A stretch of DNA of 64,000 bases from Candidatus Latescibacterota bacterium (GCA_965116885.1 OZ220741.1:1440001-1504000); one strand, 5' to 3'. Counted from the first letter of the stretch, positions 29,346 through 38,361 are shown. The notes: generated by a model from the sequence alone, not told the origin. Program-made: numbers and translations.

Positions 29346-29361
29346 GGCAAGATGCGTGCCA
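29346..29361 (-). promoter_or_regulatory. Sigma-54 (-24/-12) promoter, copy 2, heading the RiPP cluster
   Basis: Minus strand TGGCACGCATCTTGC, identical to copy 1. Confidence 0.85.
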
Positions 29362-29377
29362 TAAACTCGTTCGAAAT

Positions 29378-29409
29378 AAAAAAAAGCACTTGAATACGCT
29401 CAAGTGCTT
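29378..29409 (-). terminator. Probable intrinsic terminator of response regulator copy 2
   Basis: Perfect 10-bp stem AAGCACTTGA/TCAAGTGCTT plus a T-tract on the minus strand. Confidence 0.65.
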
Positions 29410-29465
29410 GAAAAATAAAAAGATAAAACTTTTATGTTTTAAGTGCTATAAGAGCAAAAGGGATT

Positions 29466-29509
29466 AAGTGCAACATTCATGTTACACTTTTGGAACATTC
29501 ATGTGGCAC
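29466..29509. promoter_or_regulatory. Putative tandem enhancer sites for the copy-2 activator
   Basis: Palindrome AAGTGCAACAT-TC-ATGTTACACTT (10/11); core AACATTCATGT repeated 22 bp later; 105-150 bp upstream of -24. Confidence 0.55.
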
Positions 29510-29578
29510 CTGCTGCTGTCGGTTGACCAACCATGACCGCTAAAAAGCGAGAGGCTGGTGGTGGCTGACGGCTGGTCG

Positions 29579-30967
29579 CTATCTGTAAGTGGATACATCT
29601 ATGGTATATTTGGAGATTAACCGTTGCAGCCTGTGGCGATTCATTCCATTCTGTCTGGCTGCACGGGACACATTGCCGTTGTGCGCTTTGAGGAGGCGGT
29701 CAATAAAAGTCCGCTCAAATTTCTCAATCACGGCATCTTTGGCGTCCTGGAAAGGTAAATCGGTCTGCGCGGAAACAATGGTATCTCCGGTCTGAGCGAT
29801 TAAATTTTCAGGTAAATCCTCGATCTGGATCGCATCCGCATCTGATAGGGCCATGGCTCGCTCCATCACATGCATCAGTTCTCGCACATTGCCTGGCCAG
29901 ATATATTCGCACAATACATCCATCGCCTCGGTTGAAATACCTTGAATCGCCTTTTCAGAGGTCTCGGCAAAGTCGTTCAAAAAGTGATGAGCAAGAAGTT
30001 GAATATCTCCATGCCGATCCCTCAGAGGTGGCAGGTGAATCTCAAAGGTGTTAATCCGATAAAACAAGTCCTCTCGAAACCTGCCCTCTCCAATCAATGC
30101 CTCGATATTCTGATTGGTAGCCGAGATGAGACGGATGTCGATTTCTATCTCCTCATTGCTTCCCAGCCTGCGAATTTTGTGATCTTCCAGAACGCGCAAG
30201 AACTTCACCTGAAGGGGCATGGGCAATTCCCCGATTTCATCGAGAAAAAATGTCCCGCCCTTAGCGTGTTCGATTAACCCAACGCGGTTCTGTTTCGCAT
30301 CTGTGAACGCCCCTTTCGCATGACCAAACAGTTCACTTTCAACCAGATGCTCTGGCAGGCCCCCACAGTTGAGCGGAACAAACGGCTTATGGCTGCGCTT
30401 GCTATTTGCGTGAATACACTGAGCCACCAGTTCTTTTCCCGTTCCACTTTCTCCCGTGATCAGGACATTGGCATCTATATCGCTGATTTTTCGTATTAAA
30501 TCAAAGACCTGGGTGATCGCTACACTATTCCCGATGATGTTTTCGAACCGGAATCGCGTATCCAGCATTTGTTTGAGATCTCTGTTCTCCAACCTCACAC
30601 GCCGCAGTTTCAGTGCCCGTTCTATGACGATTAAAAATTCCTCTGGATCAAACAGCTTTTGAAGAAAGTCGAATGCGCCTGCCTTTATGGCTTCAACAGC
30701 ACCTTCGATGGTTCCATATCCCGTAAAGACGATCACAATAGCCTCTTGATCGCGTGCCATAATGCTTTGGAGCACAGCCATCCCGTCCATTCCGGGCATT
30801 TTCAAATCTACAATGACCAGATCGGGATTTTCCGTCTCGAACAACGCGAGACCTGCCTCACCCGACTCTGCTACGACAACAGCGTACCCCGCTGCCTCCA
30901 GAAACTTCTGGCAACCGCGCAACATATCCTGCTCGTCATCTATTACGAGGATTTTCTCTTTGTCCAT
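29579..30967 (-). CDS. Sigma-54-dependent response regulator, copy 2
   Basis: Same REC and AAA+ domains as 10632..11987, but a different linker and HTH. Confidence 0.96.
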   Translation of the reverse strand: MDKEKILVIDDEQDMLRGCQKFLEAAGYAVVVAESGEAGLALFETENPDLVIVDLKMPGMDGMAVLQSIMARDQEAIVIVFTGYGTIEGAVEAIKAGAFDFLQKLFDPEEFLIVIERALKLRRVRLENRDLKQMLDTRFRFENIIGNSVAITQVFDLIRKISDIDANVLITGESGTGKELVAQCIHANSKRSHKPFVPLNCGGLPEHLVESELFGHAKGAFTDAKQNRVGLIEHAKGGTFFLDEIGELPMPLQVKFLRVLEDHKIRRLGSNEEIEIDIRLISATNQNIEALIGEGRFREDLFYRINTFEIHLPPLRDRHGDIQLLAHHFLNDFAETSEKAIQGISTEAMDVLCEYIWPGNVRELMHVMERAMALSDADAIQIEDLPENLIAQTGDTIVSAQTDLPFQDAKDAVIEKFERTFIDRLLKAHNGNVSRAARQNGMNRHRLQRLISKYTIDVSTYR

Positions 30968-30995
30968 CTCTCTTACTCCGTTACGGGTTGACTGC

Positions 30996-31391
30996 TTACC
31001 TCAATTCTTTACGCAGGCCGATCACTTGACGTCCTATTCCGATAATTTTGGGCACGCCGGTTTTGAGATATCTACCGATATAGCCATCGTGTTCACTTCG
31101 GTAGGGTTCGAGCATCAGCATTTTGACATTGTTTCCGATCACTTCCTCAGCGCGGTAGCCGAATATCTTCTCGGCAGCAGCATTGAATGTTTGTACAATC
31201 CCCTGAGTGTCAATCGTAATAATCGCGTCAATGGTCGTTTCCAGGATCGCCTTGTAAATGGCTTGTCGTCTCTTCAAGTGCGGTGAGCCTGCCTGCGTCG
31301 CCGCAGAGGCAGGGATTTGGTCTCTGTGTCCATCCCTGCTTACACCCGCAGGTACATGCCTATTAATCTGTGGTTCTCCACGAGCGTTCAT
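30996..31391 (-). pseudogene. Internally deleted copy of the PAS histidine kinase (PAS-only remnant)
   Basis: PAS nearly identical to 11993..13144 up to GLRK, then joined directly to the last kinase codons; HisKA and HATPase domains absent. Confidence 0.85.
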
Positions 31392-31635
31392 TATCTTACC
31401 TTGAGATTTTGGCCTAATGGACAGGTCCATTTTTGTCTTGAATTGCGGGGCATTACATGATATGCTTGTTTTGAGGAAAAAATAAAAATAGAAGGCATAC
31501 TTCACCGTCCAAAGCAAAGTATGCCTCCGACCTTATCACCAACCCGTAAGAAAGTTGGCTTAAAAACAATTTGTATTCTTTAATACTCGTTGTCGAGAAT
31601 TTCTTTTCACACAATTCACACAGTTGAGGTACGCG

Positions 31636-32682
31636 ATGGTGAATGAGGTTGTGGCGACCAGGATATCCAAACATCTGAAACAACTCTATAGCAAGAGCAA
31701 AAATGGACAGAATGGCTGGCTGAAATTAGAGGTTATGGAGTCTGAAACAGACGTCAGTCGCCAAACGCTAAGCAGAATCCTTAATGGAAAGGCGAACAGG
31801 CTTTATGACAGAACAGCAATGAATTTAGCCGACTATATTGAAAAGGAAACAGAGGGAGAATTATCTGCTGACTATCTACTCAATGAATCTCAAAAGAATT
31901 ATATTGGAGCAGATTTGACAGGGACGGATTTCTCAGGTGAGGATTTAACGCACTTCAATTTTGCTCAAGCAGATCTTACCGGAGCGAACTTTGAAGGAGC
32001 AACGCTTGACCACTCAGATTTTACCGCTACGAGGTTGAAGGATGCAAATTTTAATCGTGTAACAGGGACAGGCACAAATTTTATTGGAGCAGTTGCAACA
32101 GGTGCTACTTTTAAAAACTTTCAAGCACGGTTTTGGAATATGACTGGATTGCGAATGAGTCGTGGCGAAATGTTAGCAGGAAATATAAATGCCAGCATGC
32201 ATGGCGCAAATATGCAAGGCGTAAAGATCAATCAGATGAAATGGCGGATACGAGGCTCTGCCTCGATTGGATTATGTTTGCCTTACGATATTGACTTTTC
32301 GGGATTTATCCGGGGACTTACGAATAACTCGCTGGTGGCTATACTTGTCTATCAATTATTCCACAATCACTCATCATGGAATAAATTCAGTCAGATTATC
32401 GATTTCATTCTCGGGCAACAATTCAGAACTACGGAACCCGGTCATCTACCCTGTTACAATGGTCTGGTTCACTTTATGCAGACCGAGTTACCAGAGGTAG
32501 AAGATGAGTTATTAGAGGGATTTCAAAGTTATCCGGCGATGCAAATATACGAACGATATATGTTGGCAAAAATCGAGCGCAATATAAGAAATTTAGATCA
32601 AGCATTGGATTTGAACAATTCTTCTTATGCTGTCATTTTTCCCAATATTGTCAAGTCAATAATCCGAAAGTTTAGAAATTAA
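31636..32682 (+). CDS. XRE-like HTH + pentapeptide-repeat protein
   Basis: ETDVSRQTLSRILNG HTH-like helix pair, then ADLTG/TDFSG/ADLTG/ANFEG pentapeptide repeats; GAGGT RBS. Confidence 0.8.
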   Translation: MVNEVVATRISKHLKQLYSKSKNGQNGWLKLEVMESETDVSRQTLSRILNGKANRLYDRTAMNLADYIEKETEGELSADYLLNESQKNYIGADLTGTDFSGEDLTHFNFAQADLTGANFEGATLDHSDFTATRLKDANFNRVTGTGTNFIGAVATGATFKNFQARFWNMTGLRMSRGEMLAGNINASMHGANMQGVKINQMKWRIRGSASIGLCLPYDIDFSGFIRGLTNNSLVAILVYQLFHNHSSWNKFSQIIDFILGQQFRTTEPGHLPCYNGLVHFMQTELPEVEDELLEGFQSYPAMQIYERYMLAKIERNIRNLDQALDLNNSSYAVIFPNIVKSIIRKFRN

Positions 32683-32701
32683 AATAAAATGGGAATACAC
32701 C

Positions 32702-32890
32702 ATGGCAACCGGCGTAAATCAAGCAGCGCTCGCCAATCTGAGAAGACAGATCGCACAGCTAAGTCGTGATCTGGAGGAGTTCAGGATTGATCATGTTGCC
32801 GCTATAGACTACGACAAGTTGACCAAATTGACGGAATCAGAGCATCATCTCTATAATCTGGATGCAGAACTAAAGGTGTTTAAGAAGTAA
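32702..32890 (+). CDS. Small hypothetical coiled-coil protein
   Basis: 62-aa amphipathic ORF directly after the HTH-pentapeptide gene and before a terminator. Confidence 0.55.
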   Translation: MATGVNQAALANLRRQIAQLSRDLEEFRIDHVAAIDYDKLTKLTESEHHLYNLDAELKVFKK

Positions 32891-32909
32891 GGGGACATGA
32901 GCGGTACAG

Positions 32910-32943
32910 AAAAAAAGCACGCTATAGACAAAGCGTGCTTTTT
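32910..32943. terminator. Bidirectional intrinsic terminator
   Basis: AAAAAAGCACGCT...AGCGTGCTTTTT between convergent genes. Confidence 0.8.
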
Positions 32944-32961
32944 GGTTGGTGTTTCTCCGAT

Positions 32962-33987
32962 TTACTTTACGTTGTGATAATCCTTATACCACGCGACAAA
33001 ATTTGCAAGTCCTGTTTCTATGGGTGTCGAGGGATTGTAGCCCACATCTCGCATTAGATCCGAAACGTCTGCTGCATTATCCTGTACATCTCCGGGCTGC
33101 ATGGGCAAATCTTTTCGGATGGCTTTTTTGCCCAATAAACCTTCTAATGATGATAAAAAATAATCCAGTTCTATGACATTGGGATTGCCGATATTGTAAA
33201 TTCGGTAAGGGCTGGAACTCGATCCCGGTTCGGGACATTGTCCCGTCCATTCGGGATCTGGCACTGCGGGATTTGACAAGACGCGAGTCACGCCTTCTAC
33301 AATGTCGCTGACGTACGTAAAGCTGCGGCGCATTTTTCCGTGATTATAGACTTTGATTGGTCGATTTTCCAATATGGCTCTGGTCCACAAGTAGGCGACA
33401 AAATCAGGACGTCCCCAGGGTCCATAGACAGAGAAGAAGCGCAATCCTGTGGTCGGAATGCCGTATAGATGGCTATACACATGCGCCATTAGTTCATCTG
33501 ATTTTTTTGTCGCGGCGTACAGGCTGATCGGGTGATCGACGTTTTGACGGACGCCATGAGGCGTGGTGGCGTTCAAGCCATAAACAGAACTGGAGGATGC
33601 ATAGACCAGATGTTCGATGCGACAGTGGCGACATCCTTCCAGGATGTTGAGGAAGCCCAGGACATTGCTTTTGACAAATGCCTGGGGATTTTTCAGGCTA
33701 TACGGCATACCCGCCTGAGCTGCGAGATTGACGACATGAGAAAAGTTCTCTGCGCGGAAGAGGTTTGCTATTCCCGCTTCGTCCTCGAGGTGCATGCGAA
33801 CAAATTTGAATCCGCTTTCCCGTTTTAGAATGGATAGGCGATCTTCTTTGAGCTGGGTGTTGTAATAATCGTTTAAATTGTCCAAACCGACCACCGAATG
33901 ACCCATTTCGAGCAGTCGTTTGGAAAGATGAAAGCCAATGAATCCCGCTGCACCTGTTACGAGTACGCGTCGCGCAACATCAGTCAT
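32962..33987 (-). CDS. NAD-dependent epimerase (UDP-glucuronate 4-epimerase-like)
   Basis: TGAAGFIG, NLAAQAG, ASSSSVYG, YAATK, YGPWGRPD, MQPGDV. Confidence 0.92.
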   Translation of the reverse strand: MTDVARRVLVTGAAGFIGFHLSKRLLEMGHSVVGLDNLNDYYNTQLKEDRLSILKRESGFKFVRMHLEDEAGIANLFRAENFSHVVNLAAQAGMPYSLKNPQAFVKSNVLGFLNILEGCRHCRIEHLVYASSSSVYGLNATTPHGVRQNVDHPISLYAATKKSDELMAHVYSHLYGIPTTGLRFFSVYGPWGRPDFVAYLWTRAILENRPIKVYNHGKMRRSFTYVSDIVEGVTRVLSNPAVPDPEWTGQCPEPGSSSSPYRIYNIGNPNVIELDYFLSSLEGLLGKKAIRKDLPMQPGDVQDNAADVSDLMRDVGYNPSTPIETGLANFVAWYKDYHNVK

Positions 33988-34097
33988 GTTTAATTCTTAT
34001 CCTTTCAATAGTAAATATAATCTCTCCGATAGAGTTCTTTTGAGGACATGCCTTCAGTATATGCCCTCCCACGATCATCCACAATATAGTCCAGAGC

Positions 34098-34137
34098 CAA
34101 AAGGGTGTCAACGAACCATCTTAAATTATACCTCGCG
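34098..34137. repeat. 40-bp imperfect direct repeat, right copy
   Basis: CAAAAGGGTGTCAACGAACCATCTTAAATTATACCTCGCG matches 7992-8031 at 35/40. Confidence 0.8.
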
Positions 34138-34291
34138 TCAGCGCAAAGTATCGATCTGATGATTTGCGACACAGAAGCCCAACACGAAAAACGCCACCAG
34201 CAAAATAGCTGATGGCGTTTGTGCTTACCTCTTCATCGTAATATTTCAAAGGTAACGATTGAAACGCAAGAGCAGAATCTATGCTCTTGCT

Positions 34292-34834
34292 CTACCTTAG
34301 ACGCACGAGTTGAAAAGAATAATTAGTTGGGGTGGATTGCCCTCTGGTATTGGCTTTCAGAGAATCCAAAAAAGATGCGAATTCCTCTGTACTCATTGAC
34401 ATTATAGTTGGGCCAATACCTGTTGTATCAGGTAAATTAAGTATTCCCCGAACATAGGTCTCAGGCACATTGCGAAATGAGAGAATACTATCCGTTACTG
34501 TCGCCGAGTAAAGGTAATAGCGGTCTTCGGGATACTCTCTCCTAAGTCCCCAACCGAATGTGCCCCTTATACCAATGTACGGATCATTGAGGAAATATTT
34601 GCCAGAGAAATTCTCATAAAATCCCATGGGTGGAGGATGGATATAACCACAAGAACTATCAGCACGGGTGCCAAAAAAATAAAAGAAATTAGAATTTACC
34701 CAGTTACCTACGAGGTTTTCATAACTCAGTTCTTTATACTGAAGTTCTGGTTCCTTTATTGGTTCTGGCCCTGTACTATTACCACCACAACTCAGGATGA
34801 AAAACGCAAGCAGAATGCACCAAAAGCACCTCAT
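34292..34834 (-). CDS. Hypothetical lipoprotein
   Basis: Lipobox ILS-C; GGAGG RBS; N-terminus shared with 37591..38361; hairpins follow at about 34190-34290. Confidence 0.75.
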   Translation of the reverse strand: MRCFWCILLAFFILSCGGNSTGPEPIKEPELQYKELSYENLVGNWVNSNFFYFFGTRADSSCGYIHPPPMGFYENFSGKYFLNDPYIGIRGTFGWGLRREYPEDRYYLYSATVTDSILSFRNVPETYVRGILNLPDTTGIGPTIMSMSTEEFASFLDSLKANTRGQSTPTNYSFQLVRLR

Positions 34835-34929
34835 GCCAACCTCCGCTAAATAATACGCTCCTCAGGTCTTCTCTCCACAACATTCATAGCGTGAGATGTC
34901 CTTATAAGGACGACTCAAACGCTGCAGAT

Positions 34930-37548
34930 TTACTTCAAGATCAACATCTTGCGCGTGTCCAAAAATTCACCTGCGGTGATCTGATAAAAATAAACCCCGC
35001 TGGACACCGAACGTCCGAAGTCGTCCTTACTGTTCCATACCACGCGATAGCGACCTGCGGGTTTGAACGCATTGACCAGCGTGCGAATCTCCTGACCCAA
35101 CACATTGTATATCACAAGTTTGACCTGTTCACTTTGGGGTAGAGCATAGGAGATAATGGTTTCTGGATTGAAGGGATTTGGCGCGTTCTGAGATAATGAA
35201 AATACCAGAGGCGTATCTTCTGTTTTCAAGACAGTGGGTTTTGTGCTACTTTCGCCACCACTGGACACAGACGTATATTCCGCAGTCCCACCATATCTGC
35301 CCATGTTGATTGTTGAATCATCAGCCTCTGTCATGGTTGGATCACCTTTATCGATCAATTTTGAAGTAGCCTGAAGGTGAAAATCATCTTCATCTTCATC
35401 GACAAACTTCGGATCATAGGCGAGATTGTCGTTATTGCCAGAATGGTCACTGCTACTGGGAGGTACAGACCATGTGCTCAAGTCACCGTGTAAGTCTGTC
35501 GTGTTAGCATAGAAATCTGAGTATTTGACATTGACAGCAGGTGATTCTTCATAGTTAGCATTTATACCATAATAATTGTTGTCAATAATGGTATTTTTGA
35601 CGGTGAACCGATGAGCGCTGGTGCCGCTTGAAACCACTGATATGCCATAATAGTTGCCTGCAATTGTGGCGTTGACCAGATCCGTCTCATTTTTTTGACT
35701 GGAATAAGAATGAATGTCCAGACCATTCGTGTTGTCGTGATATAACACATTGTCCAGGATCACTTCTAAGAACTGATTTTGATAATCGAGTTTGACGCCT
35801 GTATAATTGCCAATAAAATCGGTTTCTGCAATATCAATGGTCGTTATGGTGCTGGTGCTCTGTTCAACATCCACACCGACTTCGGCGTCATAAATCTCGC
35901 AATGCTGAAGGGTCAAGCTACCACCTTCATCAACTCTGATACCACCCCAATCGTCTTTGCCGGGATTGTAAAGGATGTCCAGGGTGTCGCCATTTACGAC
36001 CCTGATGCCCTTCCAACCCTCTCCGCTGGGATCCGTGCCATCAGCCCTGAATGATGACCGAAAAATAATGGGATTCTGGATCGTCCCATTTGCATTTAAA
36101 GTGCCACCATTCTGCACAATAATTTCAGAGATGTTTGTGTCCAAACCCGACTCGTAAACATCCGTATCCGGGCGAAAGTTAATCACCGTCCCGGCCTGAA
36201 TGGTCACAGTCACACCACTGGGAATAACGACATCGCCGATGAGATAAATCTCGCCACTCCAGGTTGTGGTTCTTGGCACAGTGTGTCCTGTTAAAGGTGT
36301 GCCGGTTGCAGATAGTATATTGGCAATAAACTCACGCTCCCATTTGTTGTGATAATTTGTTGCAGCATTATACCCCCAATCCCCTTCACGGCCTTCTTCC
36401 CACAAACGTGCGGGATAGGTCTGGCCATTAGGCCAGGGAATGGCACCCGTGGGAGCGGGACCAGAAATGTCCTGGGTGAAGTGTAAATTTTTGGCCTTTA
36501 CAGGAGTGGTAATCGTTGCATAATAAAATGAAGGATAATATCCAACGGGATAATTGCCGCCAAAATGTGATGATCCTTCTTCGCTTGCTGCTTTGAAATG
36601 TCTCGCCAATTCGCGAAAATCATTCCAGTAAAGATGATATACATTTCGATATGGAAGGTCGCCGCGATGGTGATATTGGATGACAACGGGCTTTCCATTT
36701 GTACTGTCTCTGACATTATCAATCTCTCGTTTACCTCCACTCGCGTACAGCTTGAGATCTTCAAGATTTGGGATCCACCTCCTGACCCCAGGTGTTGGAC
36801 TGTATTCTTCTGATATCACCGAGACCGTTGGCGTCTGAAAACTAATTGTAGCGACATCAATCGCATAAGTACCTGATGTCAAAGCGTTCCAATCGCACCC
36901 AAACCCTTCATAATGCTTATAGTTGGTTCCTTTTGCACTGAAAACCCAGAGTCTTGGATATGAACCGATTGCATGGTTGGCTTTTTTCAATGAATCGCAT
37001 ACTTCGTGGATTGTGCGCTGATAATTTTTGACGATTAACGTCATAGTATCTGTCAATGCCTGAACCCGCCTGGTACTATCGGGATACCTGTCTGTATAAA
37101 ACTTTTCCGCATATTCCATATTAAAGTGGAAGGCAGATATATCAAGGCTGTATGTACCGAGCCAATTTGCCAACGAGTCTCGAAATGCGGACAGTGCGGC
37201 ATCCATTGTATCGCCAGGCCAGGGTCTTGCACCATCGACAAGTCTATCATCTGGAATGACATTATGACCTAATCCGATCATCAGTTTGAGATTGAGGGTG
37301 TCTCTAACATATTTCATGTGAGATTTTGGTCTGTCACTCGTCATACGGATCACCTCAAACCCAGTCTGCGATGCAGTGCGATTTGCCACCCACTGATCTC
37401 CCAAAAACAAGATTCGATCACCCGGACCGATCTCTGTCACGGCTTCAACAGAAGAAATAGCATTTATCCCAAGAACTACACTGACTATGAGGGCACCACA
37501 TAAAATCTGAAACTTCCCCAAAATAGGTTTTGACCTGTTACAACGCAT
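34930..37548 (-). CDS. Secreted protein with beta-helix region and C-terminal FlgD-Ig/T9SS-like sorting domain
   Basis: Signal peptide; GDVVIPSGVTVTIQAGT, WGGI and DFHLQ..S..ID.G beta-helix motifs; C-terminus FSLSQNAPNPFNPET...SGVYFY...RKMLILK. Confidence 0.82.
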   Translation of the reverse strand: MRCNRSKPILGKFQILCGALIVSVVLGINAISSVEAVTEIGPGDRILFLGDQWVANRTASQTGFEVIRMTSDRPKSHMKYVRDTLNLKLMIGLGHNVIPDDRLVDGARPWPGDTMDAALSAFRDSLANWLGTYSLDISAFHFNMEYAEKFYTDRYPDSTRRVQALTDTMTLIVKNYQRTIHEVCDSLKKANHAIGSYPRLWVFSAKGTNYKHYEGFGCDWNALTSGTYAIDVATISFQTPTVSVISEEYSPTPGVRRWIPNLEDLKLYASGGKREIDNVRDSTNGKPVVIQYHHRGDLPYRNVYHLYWNDFRELARHFKAASEEGSSHFGGNYPVGYYPSFYYATITTPVKAKNLHFTQDISGPAPTGAIPWPNGQTYPARLWEEGREGDWGYNAATNYHNKWEREFIANILSATGTPLTGHTVPRTTTWSGEIYLIGDVVIPSGVTVTIQAGTVINFRPDTDVYESGLDTNISEIIVQNGGTLNANGTIQNPIIFRSSFRADGTDPSGEGWKGIRVVNGDTLDILYNPGKDDWGGIRVDEGGSLTLQHCEIYDAEVGVDVEQSTSTITTIDIAETDFIGNYTGVKLDYQNQFLEVILDNVLYHDNTNGLDIHSYSSQKNETDLVNATIAGNYYGISVVSSGTSAHRFTVKNTIIDNNYYGINANYEESPAVNVKYSDFYANTTDLHGDLSTWSVPPSSSDHSGNNDNLAYDPKFVDEDEDDFHLQATSKLIDKGDPTMTEADDSTINMGRYGGTAEYTSVSSGGESSTKPTVLKTEDTPLVFSLSQNAPNPFNPETIISYALPQSEQVKLVIYNVLGQEIRTLVNAFKPAGRYRVVWNSKDDFGRSVSSGVYFYQITAGEFLDTRKMLILK

Positions 37549-37590
37549 TCTGTTCTCCTTTTAAGTTCAAATGGTTATTTTTTATCTTTT

Positions 37591-38361
37591 TTATGGCTGC
37601 GAGACTTTTGGGCCTTCGCGCAATATGCGTACACCAAATTCTGGATGGCGCAAGCCAGCGGGGAATTCGATAAAAGATATAGAACTTACCTTCCATGCTG
37701 GCGTCGTATTATAACCGCCACCTTTCACAAGAAAAACTAAACCCAATGGATACCCACTGGTGTGTCCCTCTGTCCCTGTCCATTCCGCCACATTGCCATA
37801 TATATCATAAAATCCCCAGGGATTGGGCAATTTAGTACCCACTGTGTGAACCCTACCTTCAGAATTGCCGCTCCACCAGGCGTAGTCACTCAGAGAATCA
37901 GAGCTACTGCCAAAGAACCAGGTGGATGTTGTACCTGCTCGACAAGCATATCTCCATTCCTTTAAAGTCGGTAATCGGTATATGCCGCCGTCATTTTGAA
38001 GGGCTGTCAACTTTTTCGTAAAATTTGCTGCATCACCCCAGGAAATATTGTAGGCGGGATAATCCAGTTCAGGGAAACCGTCCCCGTCCTCGTCTCTCCG
38101 GGGCCAATGCGAGGTGTGCATCACATTCTCCCACTGTCGCTGCGTGAGTTCATACTTCCCAAGATAATAGCCTTTACCAAGCGCGCCCGCCGGTTCAACC
38201 CATATAAAGGCCATTTTAGCTCTACCCGGCAGGTCAATGACCAGATCTCCTGCCGCGTGATTGGGGATGGGTTCTGGTTCCGTTATTGGCTCAGGTCCTG
38301 TACTATTACCACCACAACTCAGGATGCAAAACGCAAGCAGAATACACCAAAAGCACCTCAT
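37591..38361 (-). CDS. Lipoprotein with formylglycine-generating-enzyme (SUMF1)-like domain
   Basis: Lipobox; KYELTQ, YRLPT..EW.YACRAG, PNPWGFYDIYGNVAEW, KGG, FGVR. Confidence 0.85.
   Translation of the reverse strand: MRCFWCILLAFCILSCGGNSTGPEPITEPEPIPNHAAGDLVIDLPGRAKMAFIWVEPAGALGKGYYLGKYELTQRQWENVMHTSHWPRRDEDGDGFPELDYPAYNISWGDAANFTKKLTALQNDGGIYRLPTLKEWRYACRAGTTSTWFFGSSSDSLSDYAWWSGNSEGRVHTVGTKLPNPWGFYDIYGNVAEWTGTEGHTSGYPLGLVFLVKGGGYNTTPAWKVSSISFIEFPAGLRHPEFGVRILREGPKVSQP

Noticed and set aside
37591..38361. Diversity-generating retroelement target or active sulfatase-maturing FGE
   Set aside because: No reverse transcriptase or template repeat seen in the window, and the catalytic Cys pair of true FGE is not evident.
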